From: an uncultured Alphaproteobacteria bacterium
GTDB lineage: Bacteria > Pseudomonadota > Alphaproteobacteria > RF32 > CAG-239
Length of the DNA stretch: 64,000 bases
Assembly: GCA_934254925.1 (NCBI GenBank)
Contig: CAKQMD010000004.1
Coordinates: 18,664 to 82,663 of the forward strand
Direction of reading: 5' to 3'
Shown: positions 47,927 through 57,463 of the stretch, one piece after another
How the letters are laid out: the number at the start of each line of letters is the position of its first letter
How positions within the stretch are numbered: the stretch's first letter is position 1
Made by a program: the position numbers and the translations under genes
Notes under the pieces: generated by a model
The model's input: the letters and a program-made list of their open reading frames with translations, nothing else
The model's database searches: none
Told to the model about the DNA's origin: nothing

Positions 47927-48778
47927 TTACGGGTGACGCAGGAACTCGGGCAATTCCGGCAGGGCCGACGCTCCCGCCGCCTTTTGATGCCCGCCGCCGC
48001 CGAAACTTTTGGCAATTTCCGAAACGTTAACGTTGTCTTTGTCGGTATAAAAAGACAAATTCCAGCGGTTGTTCTTGTTCATATAAAAATTAACCATAAA
48101 ATCATAGTCCTTAATGTCGGGCAGAGAATCAAAAAATTCGGAATAGCCCTGCGGCATATTGGCACAAATGCATTTCAGCCCCTGATAACTGCTGGCAAAA
48201 GCCAGGCTGCGTACCAGACGATAATTGCGGATTTTAATCCAAGATAAAATGGAGCGTCCTTTTTCAACCAAAGCCGGAATGTCCAGCCGCTCATTCAGCA
48301 ATTGCGTCCAGATTTCGTCTTCGGGACGATTGACGCCCAAGGACTGAAAGGCATATTCGAAAGGACGAACACGGTCGTCGCGGAGATCAAAAATGTCATT
48401 CAGCCCCAAAAGGCGTAATCCTTCAGGTACCGGTTTGTCCGGATAAAAATATTCCCAGGTCAAAATTGCGGCGGCGGTCCCTACCCGGCGCAGGCCTTTT
48501 AACGTCGGGCGGCCGGCGGCAACGGCTTTTTCATATTCCTTAATGACGGACAAATGATGGTCAATCCACACAAAATCTCCGGCGACAGAGAGTTCATACA
48601 TGAAATCCAGCGGCAAGGAAATGTCGCAGACAACAATTTGCTTATGACGGCGGATTTCTTCATAGGGAATTTCCATATCATGGTTAAGGCCCAAAAATTC
48701 CGTTTCGGGATAACGGCTTTTTACAACAGCGGCGGATCCTTTGCCGTCGTGGTCCGCAATATGGTATATACAAAGCAT
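47927..48778 (-). CDS. DHH-family phosphoesterase (NrnA-like)
   Basis: DHDG and DHH motifs; C-terminal DHHA1 GGGH. Confidence 0.7.
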   Translation of the reverse strand: MLCIYHIADHDGKGSAAVVKSRYPETEFLGLNHDMEIPYEEIRRHKQIVVCDISLPLDFMYELSVAGDFVWIDHHLSVIKEYEKAVAAGRPTLKGLRRVGTAAAILTWEYFYPDKPVPEGLRLLGLNDIFDLRDDRVRPFEYAFQSLGVNRPEDEIWTQLLNERLDIPALVEKGRSILSWIKIRNYRLVRSLAFASSYQGLKCICANMPQGYSEFFDSLPDIKDYDFMVNFYMNKNNRWNLSFYTDKDNVNVSEIAKSFGGGGHQKAAGASALPELPEFLRHP

Positions 48779-48789
48779 TTTTATTTCCT

Positions 48790-49578
48790 TTATTCTATAT
48801 TCAATGTTAGTCCGTCATAAGCCGGTGCGACGAAGTTCGGCGTGCGGCGGTTGATCTCGTCATAATCGCATTCCGTGGCCATATGGTTGATGATTGCTCT
48901 CTCGGGATTGATCTTTTCAATGCAATGCAAAACTTCTTCCAAACTGGCATGTGCCGGTTGACCGAAAGGTGTGGTCAGCGGGATGATCAGTAATTTCGGC
49001 CGTTGCAAAATCTGCGCATAAACCGAGGAAGCCAAGCGTTTAAAATCGGCAATATGCACAATCTCGCCATCATTAAAGGCATAGCCGATACTTGGCACCA
49101 AATGTCCAAGAAGCTTCAGCGGTGTTATTTTTAGTTCTTTTACGTAAAAAGGATGATTGGCTTTGACCTGATTGCACAGCAGACTGGGCATATAGACGAC
49201 ATTTTTGGTCCGGCGGCGAGAAGCCACCAGATAGTGAAAGCCTTTTTTTATGGCTTTGACGGTATCCTGATTGCCAAAGATGTCCAAACTGCGGCAGGAA
49301 ATGCGGTTGATTTCGCGCAAGTCGTCAATTCCGTATAAATGATCTGCATGCCGGTGGGTATATAAGACGGCGTCCAGGGTGCGAATATCATGTCGAATCA
49401 TTTGCGCGCGGATGTCCGGCGAGGTGTCGATGAGGATTTTGACACCGTCGTAATCCAGATAAGTGCCGGTACGGGTTCTTAAATTATAGGGATTGTCCGG
49501 ATTGCAAGCGCCCCAGCCCATGCTCAAAGAAGGTACACCCGGTGCGGCGCCGCTGCCGAGAATAATAACTTTTTTCAT
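48790..49578 (-). CDS. MBL-fold metallo-hydrolase
   Basis: HRHADH motif. Confidence 0.7.
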   Translation of the reverse strand: MKKVIILGSGAAPGVPSLSMGWGACNPDNPYNLRTRTGTYLDYDGVKILIDTSPDIRAQMIRHDIRTLDAVLYTHRHADHLYGIDDLREINRISCRSLDIFGNQDTVKAIKKGFHYLVASRRRTKNVVYMPSLLCNQVKANHPFYVKELKITPLKLLGHLVPSIGYAFNDGEIVHIADFKRLASSVYAQILQRPKLLIIPLTTPFGQPAHASLEEVLHCIEKINPERAIINHMATECDYDEINRRTPNFVAPAYDGLTLNIE

Positions 49579-50372
49579 CAGTAGTCGTACCTCCCCTTGT
49601 CACTGGCTTTGCGAAAGAGGTTGCAAAAATTGTCGGAAGTGATTTGGGCGAGTTCTTCATAAGGAATACCCTTTATTTGTGCCAGACGTTCTGCCGTATA
49701 GCGCACAAACGACGGTTCGTTGCGGCGGCCGCGTTTGGGAACCGGTGCCAAAAACGGCGCATCGGTCTCGACCAACAAGCGATCAAGAGGAATATCGGCA
49801 AAAATTTCGCGCAGTTCCTGGGACTTGTTAAAGGTGATAATGCCCGAAGCCGAGATGTAAAAACCGATGGACAGAGCAAATTCGGCCAGTCGGCGGGAAG
49901 AAGAAAAACAATGGATCTCGCCGGTAAAAGGTTTGATCTTATATTGCTCTCCCAAAACGGCAATCGTATCGTCATCAGCGTCCCGCGTATGAATGATCAG
50001 CGGCAATCCGGTTTCCTGCGCGGCCTTGATCTGTTCGATGAAGATCTTTTTCTGCAGATCTCGCGGCGCGTAGTCATAATAGTAGTCCAAGCCGGTCTCA
50101 CCGATACCTACGACTTTTTTGTGCCGTGTGGCGGCTATAAAATCCTCGGCTTTAATGTCGGGATATTCGGCAGCATTATGCGGATGAACTCCGACTGCCG
50201 TATAAATAAAGGGATATTTTTCCGACAGGCGAAGCTGGTTTTCCAGTTCGTTGATATTGTTTCCGGCGTTTAGAATCGTGGTGACACCGTTTTCCTTGGC
50301 CCGGGTAATCAGTTCGTCCAGATCGTCTTCAAAATCATTAAAATCCAGGTGACAGTGACTGTCGATGAGCAT
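49578..50372 (-). CDS. tatD: TatD-family deoxyribonuclease
   Basis: MLIDSHCHLD start and the conserved TatD His/Glu/Asp residues. Confidence 0.85.
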   Translation of the reverse strand: MLIDSHCHLDFNDFEDDLDELITRAKENGVTTILNAGNNINELENQLRLSEKYPFIYTAVGVHPHNAAEYPDIKAEDFIAATRHKKVVGIGETGLDYYYDYAPRDLQKKIFIEQIKAAQETGLPLIIHTRDADDDTIAVLGEQYKIKPFTGEIHCFSSSRRLAEFALSIGFYISASGIITFNKSQELREIFADIPLDRLLVETDAPFLAPVPKRGRRNEPSFVRYTAERLAQIKGIPYEELAQITSDNFCNLFRKASDKGRYDY

Positions 50373-50373
50373 T

Positions 50374-51429
50374 TTACATCCTTTGGCTTAAATTATAAAT
50401 AATGTTCATTAAAGCTTGTTTCTTATCCAAGTTCAAGGCAGACGTTTCGTTAAAGACCTTAAGCGCATTACTCCAAGCGGTGCTGAGGGCTTCAACATCT
50501 CCGATCGCGGCGGTCGAAGCGATAAATTTGAGCAAAAGTTCTTTAGACAAGGCATAAAGCTCCTCATTGCCGGCCGCGCGGGTGCAGAAATCCAGAAGCT
50601 TTCCGAGGTCCGGTCGGTTGCTTGACACCAACGACAAGAGTTCCTCATTGAGGAAAACGGCATCGAGATCGGCATAGCGCAGGGCTTTGCCGATACTTCC
50701 CGAGCTTAGGGAGGTCAGTCGTTTGACTGCCGCTTCCGTCAATTCGGGGCGATAACGGCGCAGCAGACTGGCAACATTGACATCGCTTAAGGGTTTTAGC
50801 GGCAGCTTGGCACAACGCGATCGGATCGTCGGCAGCAGGCGGTCAGGGTTATGGCTGATCAGCAGCATAACGGTTTGTGCCGGCGGTTCTTCCAAAACCT
50901 TTAACACGGCATTGGCGCTATTGACGTTCATGTCGTCCACGGCATCGATGATGACCACGCGCCAGCCGTCGTTTCCCGAACGCTTGGACAAGAATTCGTT
51001 GATTGTGCGCACGTCGTCCACCCTGATGAAAGCCGATTTCTTGAGCTCTTTCAATTCTCCTTCGTCCAAAGCTTCGCCGTCTTTAATGGCTTTGAGGACC
51101 TTTTTCTTATCCGTATCGGTAAAATCTCGCTCAATGATTTTTAAATCCGGATGTGCCTTATTGGCAACCAATTTGTAAACCGGATGCTGGTCGCTGACAT
51201 TCAGATTTTGGTAAGCGGAAGGGTCCGCATTGCCGGCCGCCAACAGAAAACGGGCAAATTTGTAAGCCAGCGTGGCTTTGCCAATGCCCTCAATTCCCGA
51301 TATTATCCAGGAATTATGAAGACTGCGGGAGGCCCAAGCGTCAAACAGCAACTTTTCCTCAGCCTCATGACCCAAAAGGCAGGTGTTACAGCGGGGATTG
51401 AAATTACTGCCGTCGTTTATTTCTGACAT
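50374..51429 (-). CDS. holB: DNA polymerase III subunit delta'
   Basis: AAA+-like GIEGIGKATLA and the position between tmk and tatD typical of holB. Confidence 0.8.
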   Translation of the reverse strand: MSEINDGSNFNPRCNTCLLGHEAEEKLLFDAWASRSLHNSWIISGIEGIGKATLAYKFARFLLAAGNADPSAYQNLNVSDQHPVYKLVANKAHPDLKIIERDFTDTDKKKVLKAIKDGEALDEGELKELKKSAFIRVDDVRTINEFLSKRSGNDGWRVVIIDAVDDMNVNSANAVLKVLEEPPAQTVMLLISHNPDRLLPTIRSRCAKLPLKPLSDVNVASLLRRYRPELTEAAVKRLTSLSSGSIGKALRYADLDAVFLNEELLSLVSSNRPDLGKLLDFCTRAAGNEELYALSKELLLKFIASTAAIGDVEALSTAWSNALKVFNETSALNLDKKQALMNIIYNLSQRM

Positions 51430-52076
51430 AAGCCTAAATTAAACCTTTCACAAACAACGTTGAGAATGTCCTGATGCAGTTCGGCAATGCTTTTGTCAGC
51501 ATTTAAAACCACGCAGCGTTCCGGTTCGACGGCGGCAATTTCCTTAAATCCGCGGCGCAGATTTTGGTGAAAGACAAGCTCCCTGCTCTCGTGTCTGGTT
51601 TCTTTGACCGTCATATGGCCGGATTTTTGATAAGAACGCTCTAAGCCAATGACCGGATCCAGATCCAGAATAATCGTCAAGTCGGGCTTGAAGTCTCCGA
51701 CCGCCAGATCATACAAGTTATTGATCGTCTCTTTGGAAAGGCGGCAGCCGTAGCCATAATATTGATAAGCCATCGTCGAATCGGCAAAACGGTCGTTTAA
51801 GACCCAGACGTCTTTTTCAAGCGCCGGCCAAACTTTTTCCATCAGGTTTATGCGTCGATCGGCAAAATACAGCAAAGCTTCGGTGACGGCGTCAATTTTG
51901 TCTTTGTCACCGGTGACCAGAATTTTGCGCAGTTCCTGCCCTATTTCCGTTCCGCCGGGATCTTTGGAGGTAATGTTTTGAATGCCGCACCGGGTTAAAA
52001 ACTCTGACAATAAGCGTATTTGAGTCGATTTTCCGGTTCCCTCGCCGCCTTCAAAGGTGATGAAACGGCCGCTCAT
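51417..52076 (-). CDS. tmk: Thymidylate kinase
   Basis: FITFEGGEGTGKST P-loop. Confidence 0.9.
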   Translation of the reverse strand: MSGRFITFEGGEGTGKSTQIRLLSEFLTRCGIQNITSKDPGGTEIGQELRKILVTGDKDKIDAVTEALLYFADRRINLMEKVWPALEKDVWVLNDRFADSTMAYQYYGYGCRLSKETINNLYDLAVGDFKPDLTIILDLDPVIGLERSYQKSGHMTVKETRHESRELVFHQNLRRGFKEIAAVEPERCVVLNADKSIAELHQDILNVVCERFNLGLCQK

Positions 52077-53234
52077 CTAATTTTCCCCGAACAGCAGATA
52101 TTGCAAATTGGTTTTGATCCGGCCGAAGAAACCGAGCTTTTCAACACTTTTGGCAGCCAGAAGCGGAATTTCAACCGTCTCGGAGCCCGGTACTTCAACC
52201 CGGACTTTGCCGACAACGTCGCCTTGTTGAACCGGGGCCTTGAGCGGCGTATTATAAATGGCCCTCAGCTTCAGATCTTCGGTCTTGTTGCGCTTGATGG
52301 TGCGGAGCAGATCTTCAGACACAACCATGTTCACGTTTTTTTCTTCGCCCATCCAAACCGGGATCTCGCCGACAATTTGCCCCTTGTTCAAAATTTTATA
52401 GTTATCAAACTCTCTAAAGCCGTAATTCATCAGTTTTTCGGCCTCTTCCGAACGCTCCTTGTTAGAACTCATTCCGGTCATAACCTCAATCAGTCGGCGG
52501 CCGTCTTTATGTGCCGAGGCCGTCAGACTGAAGCCGGCTTCTTCGGTATGGCCGGTTTTCAAGCCGTCGGCATTGGACATGCTGTATAACAGCGGATTGC
52601 GGTTGCCTTGGCGAATGTTGTTATAGGTAAAGTTTTTCTCAGAAAAGAGATGATAAAATTCGGGAAATTCGGAAATGATGATCCGGGACAGTTTGGCCAG
52701 GTCTTCCACCGACATGCGGTGATCAGGATGCGGCCAACCGGTCGCATTGGCGAAAGTGCTGTTGTTTAGCCCCAGTTTGCGAGCTTTTTTTTGCATCTCT
52801 ACGGCGAAATCCTCTTCTGAACCGGAAAGGTTTTCCGCCACGACAATGCAAGCGTCATTTCCGGATTGAATCAAGATGCCCTTAATCAGGTCTTCTACCC
52901 GGACTTTTTGGCCGATATTCAAAAACATCGTCGAACTGCCGCTGGCTGCGCCGCCTTTCCGCCAGGCATTTTCGCTGACGGTAAACGTGTCGTCAAGAGA
53001 CAATGTGCCGTTGCGAAGCTTGTCAAAGACCATATAAATCGTCATTAATTTGCTCATTGAAGCCGGGGCGACCTTTTTGTCGTGTTCTTTGGTATAAAGA
53101 TATTGTCCGGTGTCAAAATCCATCAGAATCGCGTTGCGGGCTTTGGTCTCGATTGCTCGGGCCGAGGCGGCGTTCCAACAAAAAGTGACAGCCAAGGCCA
53201 GAGCGGAAACAGAAAATTTAGATGACGACAACAT
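52077..53234 (-). CDS. dacC: D-alanyl-D-alanine carboxypeptidase (PBP5/6 type)
   Basis: SMSK (SxxK), SGN and KTG motifs; signal peptide. Confidence 0.85.
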   Translation of the reverse strand: MLSSSKFSVSALALAVTFCWNAASARAIETKARNAILMDFDTGQYLYTKEHDKKVAPASMSKLMTIYMVFDKLRNGTLSLDDTFTVSENAWRKGGAASGSSTMFLNIGQKVRVEDLIKGILIQSGNDACIVVAENLSGSEEDFAVEMQKKARKLGLNNSTFANATGWPHPDHRMSVEDLAKLSRIIISEFPEFYHLFSEKNFTYNNIRQGNRNPLLYSMSNADGLKTGHTEEAGFSLTASAHKDGRRLIEVMTGMSSNKERSEEAEKLMNYGFREFDNYKILNKGQIVGEIPVWMGEEKNVNMVVSEDLLRTIKRNKTEDLKLRAIYNTPLKAPVQQGDVVGKVRVEVPGSETVEIPLLAAKSVEKLGFFGRIKTNLQYLLFGEN

Positions 53235-53254
53235 ATTGACTTATCCTACATAAA

Positions 53255-54094
53255 TTAATCTTGTACCACACGGGCGTCATAGACCCCGTAATTTTGAAGC
53301 TTGTCCAAAACGGCGTTTGCCGCCTTCTTATCGGCATAAGGCCCTAAACGAACGCGGTAAAAGCTTTGGCGGTTGATGTCAACCTTATAAACATTCGTCG
53401 TTCCGAACTGATCAAGCTTTGAGCCGAGTTTAACGGCAGAATCGCGATTGGCATAAGCGCCGGCCTGAACAAAATAACTGCCTTTCTTGTAGACCTGTAC
53501 CGGAGCGGCTGATTCCGCCGTGGTTATATTGTTGTTTTCCTGAACGATCACCGGTTGTTTGTAGCCGGTCAACAAAGCCTGCTTCAAAGCTTTGCTCTCT
53601 TCAGGCAACAGTTCGACACGGACTTTGGCAACCCCTTGGTTTTTGAAGCCAAGAAGGGTGGCGCTGCGTTTGGAAACGTCGATAATACGATTTTTGGCAA
53701 AAGGACCGCGGTCATTGACGCGCAACACCAGCGAACGCCCGTTTTCCAAATTGGTAACCCGAACGATGGAGGGCAAAGGCAAAGTCCGATGAGCCGCCGT
53801 TAAGGTGTTCATGTCATAGATTTCGCCGTTGGCGGTATATTTGGCGTGAAAGTCCTCGCCGTACCATGAGGCCGTTCCCACCTCGGAATAAGAATAGTCT
53901 TCCTTGGGGTAATACCATTTTCCCATAATTTTATAGGGTTTTCCGACCTTATATGTTCCCTGGGTCCCGGAGATGGCGCTGGCTTGCGAATATTGATCGC
54001 CGACTTTAATGCGTCCCGTCGTACAGGCATTCAGCGACAAAACGGCGATACTCAGCGCGAGGGAAAGAATTATCTTATGCTTTGCCATTATCAA
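53255..54094 (-). CDS. rlpA: Septal ring lytic transglycosylase RlpA (DPBB + SPOR domains)
   Basis: Lipoprotein signal (LNAC); GTASWYGEDFHAKYTANGEIYDMNTLTAAHRTLPLPS; C-terminal SPOR-like. Confidence 0.8.
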   Translation of the reverse strand: MIMAKHKIILSLALSIAVLSLNACTTGRIKVGDQYSQASAISGTQGTYKVGKPYKIMGKWYYPKEDYSYSEVGTASWYGEDFHAKYTANGEIYDMNTLTAAHRTLPLPSIVRVTNLENGRSLVLRVNDRGPFAKNRIIDVSKRSATLLGFKNQGVAKVRVELLPEESKALKQALLTGYKQPVIVQENNNITTAESAAPVQVYKKGSYFVQAGAYANRDSAVKLGSKLDQFGTTNVYKVDINRQSFYRVRLGPYADKKAANAVLDKLQNYGVYDARVVQD

Positions 54095-54129
54095 GTTCCA
54101 TTCTTTTATTTACCGAATCAATCTATACT

Positions 54130-55431
54130 TTATTTGCGGCTTCGTAAAGCCTCTTTTCCGCCGTTGTGTAATTTTCGTTCCGGGACAGGAACGGAGAAGC
54201 CGATTTCAGGGTTATACGCGCGGATTTTCTGCAGCAGACGATAGTCGGGATAACCGTCGGCCGGAAGGTTGGCACGGGTTTGAACATCGCGCACGGCCTC
54301 CCGGGTAGCGGTTCCCAGCTTGCCGTCTTCCTGCAGTTGAAACCATCCCAGGCGATTAATCAGGGTTTGAAAAGCCATGACATCATCCGTTTTCAGTCGT
54401 AGGGAAGGATCCGCCTTTAGCGGCTGCCAAGGAGCTTCCGAAGCGATGTAGTCTGCCAAGATACCGATGGCCAGTGCATAATTTTCCGAGCGATTCCAAA
54501 CCATAATTCGGCGGAAATTGTCCAAAATCAGGTAAGCCTTGCCTTTGCGGCCTTCAGGCACGATCAGAGACGCCAGGGCTTGGGGATCAGCCTTTATCTG
54601 CGCAAGATTGTTCAACGGTTTGACGCCCATGTCCAGCCATTCTTTTATCGGTTTGCGCGTCTGGCGGCCGGACAAAGAAAAATCAAAGTTCCAAGGCAGC
54701 GTTGCCTCGCTTCCCCAAGGTTGATTTTCCTGCCACCCCAAAGAAGACAAATAATTGGCCGCCGAGGCCGCCGCGTCTTCAAAAGAATGCCAGATGTCGA
54801 TTTGTCCGTCCCGGTTATAGTCGACGGCATAAGCGTTGAACGTCGAGGGCATGAATTGGAAATGCCCCATAGCGCCGGCCCAGGAGCCTTGGATTTTGGT
54901 ATAGTCTATCTGCCAGGTATCAATAATCTTCAGGGTTTCATAAAGCTCTTTTTTGAAAAAAGCGGAGCGCCGGCGATCATAGCTGAGCTGAGTCAGGACT
55001 TCCACCGTCAGATATGATCCGAAATTTTTGCCGTAATTGGTTTCCAGTCCCCAAAAGGCGATGATATATTCTGCCGGAATGCCGTATTGTCGGCTGATCG
55101 GCTGCAAAAGCGGCGCCAGCTCTTTGGCTAGTTTCCGACCTTCTTCCACTTTTTTGCGGTTAATAATTCGGTTAACATAGTCTGTCGAGCTCAGAATAAA
55201 CTCGGTCTGACGACGGTCGATTTTGACGGCTTCGGGTTGCGAGTGATAGTAGTCCTGAACGTAGACCTGATCCAACGTTTTTTGAGAAATCCCCTTCTCC
55301 CGCATTTCTTGTTTGAGCCCTTTGAGCCATGAAATGTATTCTCGGGGCGCGTCGGTCGTCAGATTGGCATTGGCGCAACCGGCCAAAAGGCATCCCAATC
55401 CCAAACAAATCCACAAGGCGCCGGTTTTCAT
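54130..55431 (-). CDS. Lytic murein transglycosylase (MltB family) with C-terminal peptidoglycan-binding domain
   Basis: MltB-type catalytic region (GAMGHFQFMPSTF) and PG_binding_1-like C-terminus. Confidence 0.75.
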   Translation of the reverse strand: MKTGALWICLGLGCLLAGCANANLTTDAPREYISWLKGLKQEMREKGISQKTLDQVYVQDYYHSQPEAVKIDRRQTEFILSSTDYVNRIINRKKVEEGRKLAKELAPLLQPISRQYGIPAEYIIAFWGLETNYGKNFGSYLTVEVLTQLSYDRRRSAFFKKELYETLKIIDTWQIDYTKIQGSWAGAMGHFQFMPSTFNAYAVDYNRDGQIDIWHSFEDAAASAANYLSSLGWQENQPWGSEATLPWNFDFSLSGRQTRKPIKEWLDMGVKPLNNLAQIKADPQALASLIVPEGRKGKAYLILDNFRRIMVWNRSENYALAIGILADYIASEAPWQPLKADPSLRLKTDDVMAFQTLINRLGWFQLQEDGKLGTATREAVRDVQTRANLPADGYPDYRLLQKIRAYNPEIGFSVPVPERKLHNGGKEALRSRK

Positions 55432-55829
55432 TCCTGTTCGACCTCTGACCAGCTGATTCCGTTAATCAACATGTTCTGCAGACGGGGCTCGCCTTTTTTG
55501 GGCAAGCGAAAAACCAATTCAACTTTCGTGTCGGGACGGCTGACGATTTTTTCCAGACGTGCCGCTTCAAGCTCGGGAAGATGATAACGATAGCTGCTTT
55601 TAAAGCGTTCCGTCGGACAGCGATTGTCGGGGAACTGTGTGCAATCGGTCTTCTCCCAGGTCAATCGTAAATTAAGATAACATCCGGTTAGGAGGTTGCG
55701 CGGATCATATCCCGTTCCGGTAATCCGAACTTCCGGCTCGGACAGAACGGAAATTTCCAGAAAAGCAATCCATCCTGCAAAAAAAACAACCTGGATTCCC
55801 AAAACAAACAAATATAACTTTTTTTTCAT
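55428..55829 (-). CDS. GDYXXLXY-domain small membrane protein (variant motif)
   Basis: ATG 55829 (GAGGAG 6 nt upstream); N-terminal TM; DPRNLLTGCYLNLRL parallels the family motif DPRDLLRGDYxxLxY, recalled from memory. Confidence 0.5.
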   Translation of the reverse strand: MKKKLYLFVLGIQVVFFAGWIAFLEISVLSEPEVRITGTGYDPRNLLTGCYLNLRLTWEKTDCTQFPDNRCPTERFKSSYRYHLPELEAARLEKIVSRPDTKVELVFRLPKKGEPRLQNMLINGISWSEVEQE

Positions 55830-55843
55830 AGCATTCTCCTCTT

Positions 55844-56887
55844 TTATTTTGCTTGTCGGATGTTGCGGATAATCCAGATAAGAGACAAGGTTAGAATACC
55901 GGAGATGATCAATCCGATACCGGTCATCAGCAAGGAACCGAAAACCTGAATAAAGCCGATAAAAATACGCAGAGCCAACAAGATCGAAAGATTGCGCACC
56001 GTTGCGTAATTGTTCTTTCTCCATGCATAGGCGCCCCAAAGGCAAAGGAACAACACGGTAGAGGCAAAGCCGGCGAATTCGTTATCAGTGACAATCCCGT
56101 AACTCAGCAAAAGGGCATAAAACATCATATATGCGAACACAGAGCTGAAAATTGTCGATTGCTTAAAAGCCAGGTTTAGAGCATATAGCACCGCGGCAAT
56201 TAACAGATAACCTCCTGGTAATAAATAAAAGACAAGGCTCTTGTCGGCAAAAGTGATGCTCATATTTTCAATGGAAGAAATGTCCAGCAAAGAGATTCCG
56301 TAGACAAGCCCGAGGATTAACCACAATTTATAAGACCATAGGAGCTCCGGCAAGACCTCTTTCAAAAGGCTATCTGCAAAAATATAAAAGACAAGGATCA
56401 ACGACAGCCATAACATACAAACATTGACGAAGCCAAGTTGATTGTCCATGAACTTCGACAAAGGGCTGAACTCATAGTACTGGAACAGCGCGTACCAAAA
56501 TATCGGAATCCAGAAAAAAGGCAGGATTTTCTTTCGGCTTATCAGCAACAAAGGCATGTTAAGAAGCGCCCAAATCAACAGCACACCACCGGAATGTGGC
56601 GCCTGCAACTGGTAAATCTGCGCAACCAGACCGATCGAAGCCATGATCAATATGGAATAAAACAAGATCAAGCTTTCTTTCAGGCCTTGTTTGCCACGTT
56701 CGGCGGCAAACCAAATGTACCAGGCCGTCGCCGACAGTAAGAGCAAATCGGCAGTTAGTTTGATGCCGTCGCTGATCAACTGCCAATTGCTTGAAATGAC
56801 GGAAATGATGCCCAAGCCGATGCAAAAAAAAGCAAGATAATTCAAAATTTGATATAAAAGCGATTTATCTGAAGCAGGGTTTGCCAT
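55844..56887 (-). CDS. Polytopic membrane protein, ~10 TM helices (DUF2157-like?)
   Basis: 347 aa, highly hydrophobic, 14 nt upstream of the GDYXXLXY-like gene. Confidence 0.5.
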   Translation of the reverse strand: MANPASDKSLLYQILNYLAFFCIGLGIISVISSNWQLISDGIKLTADLLLLSATAWYIWFAAERGKQGLKESLILFYSILIMASIGLVAQIYQLQAPHSGGVLLIWALLNMPLLLISRKKILPFFWIPIFWYALFQYYEFSPLSKFMDNQLGFVNVCMLWLSLILVFYIFADSLLKEVLPELLWSYKLWLILGLVYGISLLDISSIENMSITFADKSLVFYLLPGGYLLIAAVLYALNLAFKQSTIFSSVFAYMMFYALLLSYGIVTDNEFAGFASTVLFLCLWGAYAWRKNNYATVRNLSILLALRIFIGFIQVFGSLLMTGIGLIISGILTLSLIWIIRNIRQAK

Positions 56888-57013
56888 GACAGAATCTCCC
56901 GATTAGCGTCGTAAATAATTTTAAAGCCAAAGCTTTTCAATGTAAACAAGTAAGCTCCGGTATGTGGATATAACCGGATTGAGGCGGAAATTTTGCGTTT
57001 ATGCAAAAAAGGC

Positions 57014-57040
57014 TTGACCTTTTGCACGGTTTTTTATAAA
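57014..57040 (+). promoter_or_regulatory. Sigma-70-like promoter for tRNA-Ser(TGA)
   Basis: TTGACC-N15-TATAAA about 20 nt upstream of the tRNA. Confidence 0.35.
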
Positions 57041-57061
57041 ACAACGCCATGAGCTGCTGCC

Positions 57062-57151
57062 GGAGAGGTGGCAGAGCGGTTTAATGCAGCGGTCTTGAAA
57101 ACCGTCGAGGGAGCGATCCCTCCGGGAGTTCGAATCTCCCCCTCTCCGCCA
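57062..57151 (+). tRNA. tRNA-Ser (anticodon TGA)
   Basis: Class II tRNA, acceptor GGAGAGG/CCTCTCC, anticodon loop CTTGAAA, long variable arm, T-loop TTCGAAT, CCA encoded. Confidence 0.8.
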
Positions 57152-57159
57152 TAACAAAA

Positions 57160-57191
57160 ACGGCCTGCCTTGTGCGGGCTGTTTTTGTTAT
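57160..57191 (+). terminator. Rho-independent terminator after tRNA-Ser(TGA)
   Basis: GCCTGC-CTTGT-GCGGGC plus TGTTTTTGTTAT. Confidence 0.55.
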
Positions 57192-57193
57192 GA

Positions 57194-57270
57194 TGTGGAA
57201 GGGAGGAATTTGAACTCCCCAAAAGGGAGTTCGACTACCAGTGAGAGGCGGACGTGAGGACGCCGGTCAG
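57194..57270. repeat. 77-bp palindrome-containing repeat element, copy B, 3' of tRNA-Ser(TGA)
   Basis: Aligns with 13301..13376 over the TGTGGAAG...ACGCCGGTCAG core; identical 8-bp hairpin stem with a different loop (CAAAA vs GGGAA). Confidence 0.7.
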
Positions 57271-57313
57271 CAACGCTGACGAACGCCTGTGCAACTCGAG
57301 CAACGCGAAGAGT

Positions 57314-57372
57314 AATCTCCCCCTCTCCGCCATAACAAAAACGGCCTGCCTTGTGCGGGCTGTTTTTGTTAT
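57314..57372 (+). repeat. 59-bp direct duplicate of the tRNA-Ser(TGA) 3' end plus terminator (copy 2; copy 1 is 57133..57191)
   Basis: AATCTCCCCCTCTCCGCCATAACAAAAACGGCCTGCCTTGTGCGGGCTGTTTTTGTTAT is present twice, 181 bp apart, bracketing repeat element B. Confidence 0.85.
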
Positions 57373-57463
57373 TGTCAGAGGACTTTTCTTTTGCCTTTCT
57401 CTAAAAAAAGAGCACCGGACTTCTGTCCGATGCTCCGAGATGAAAAAAACTAAGGTACAAATT

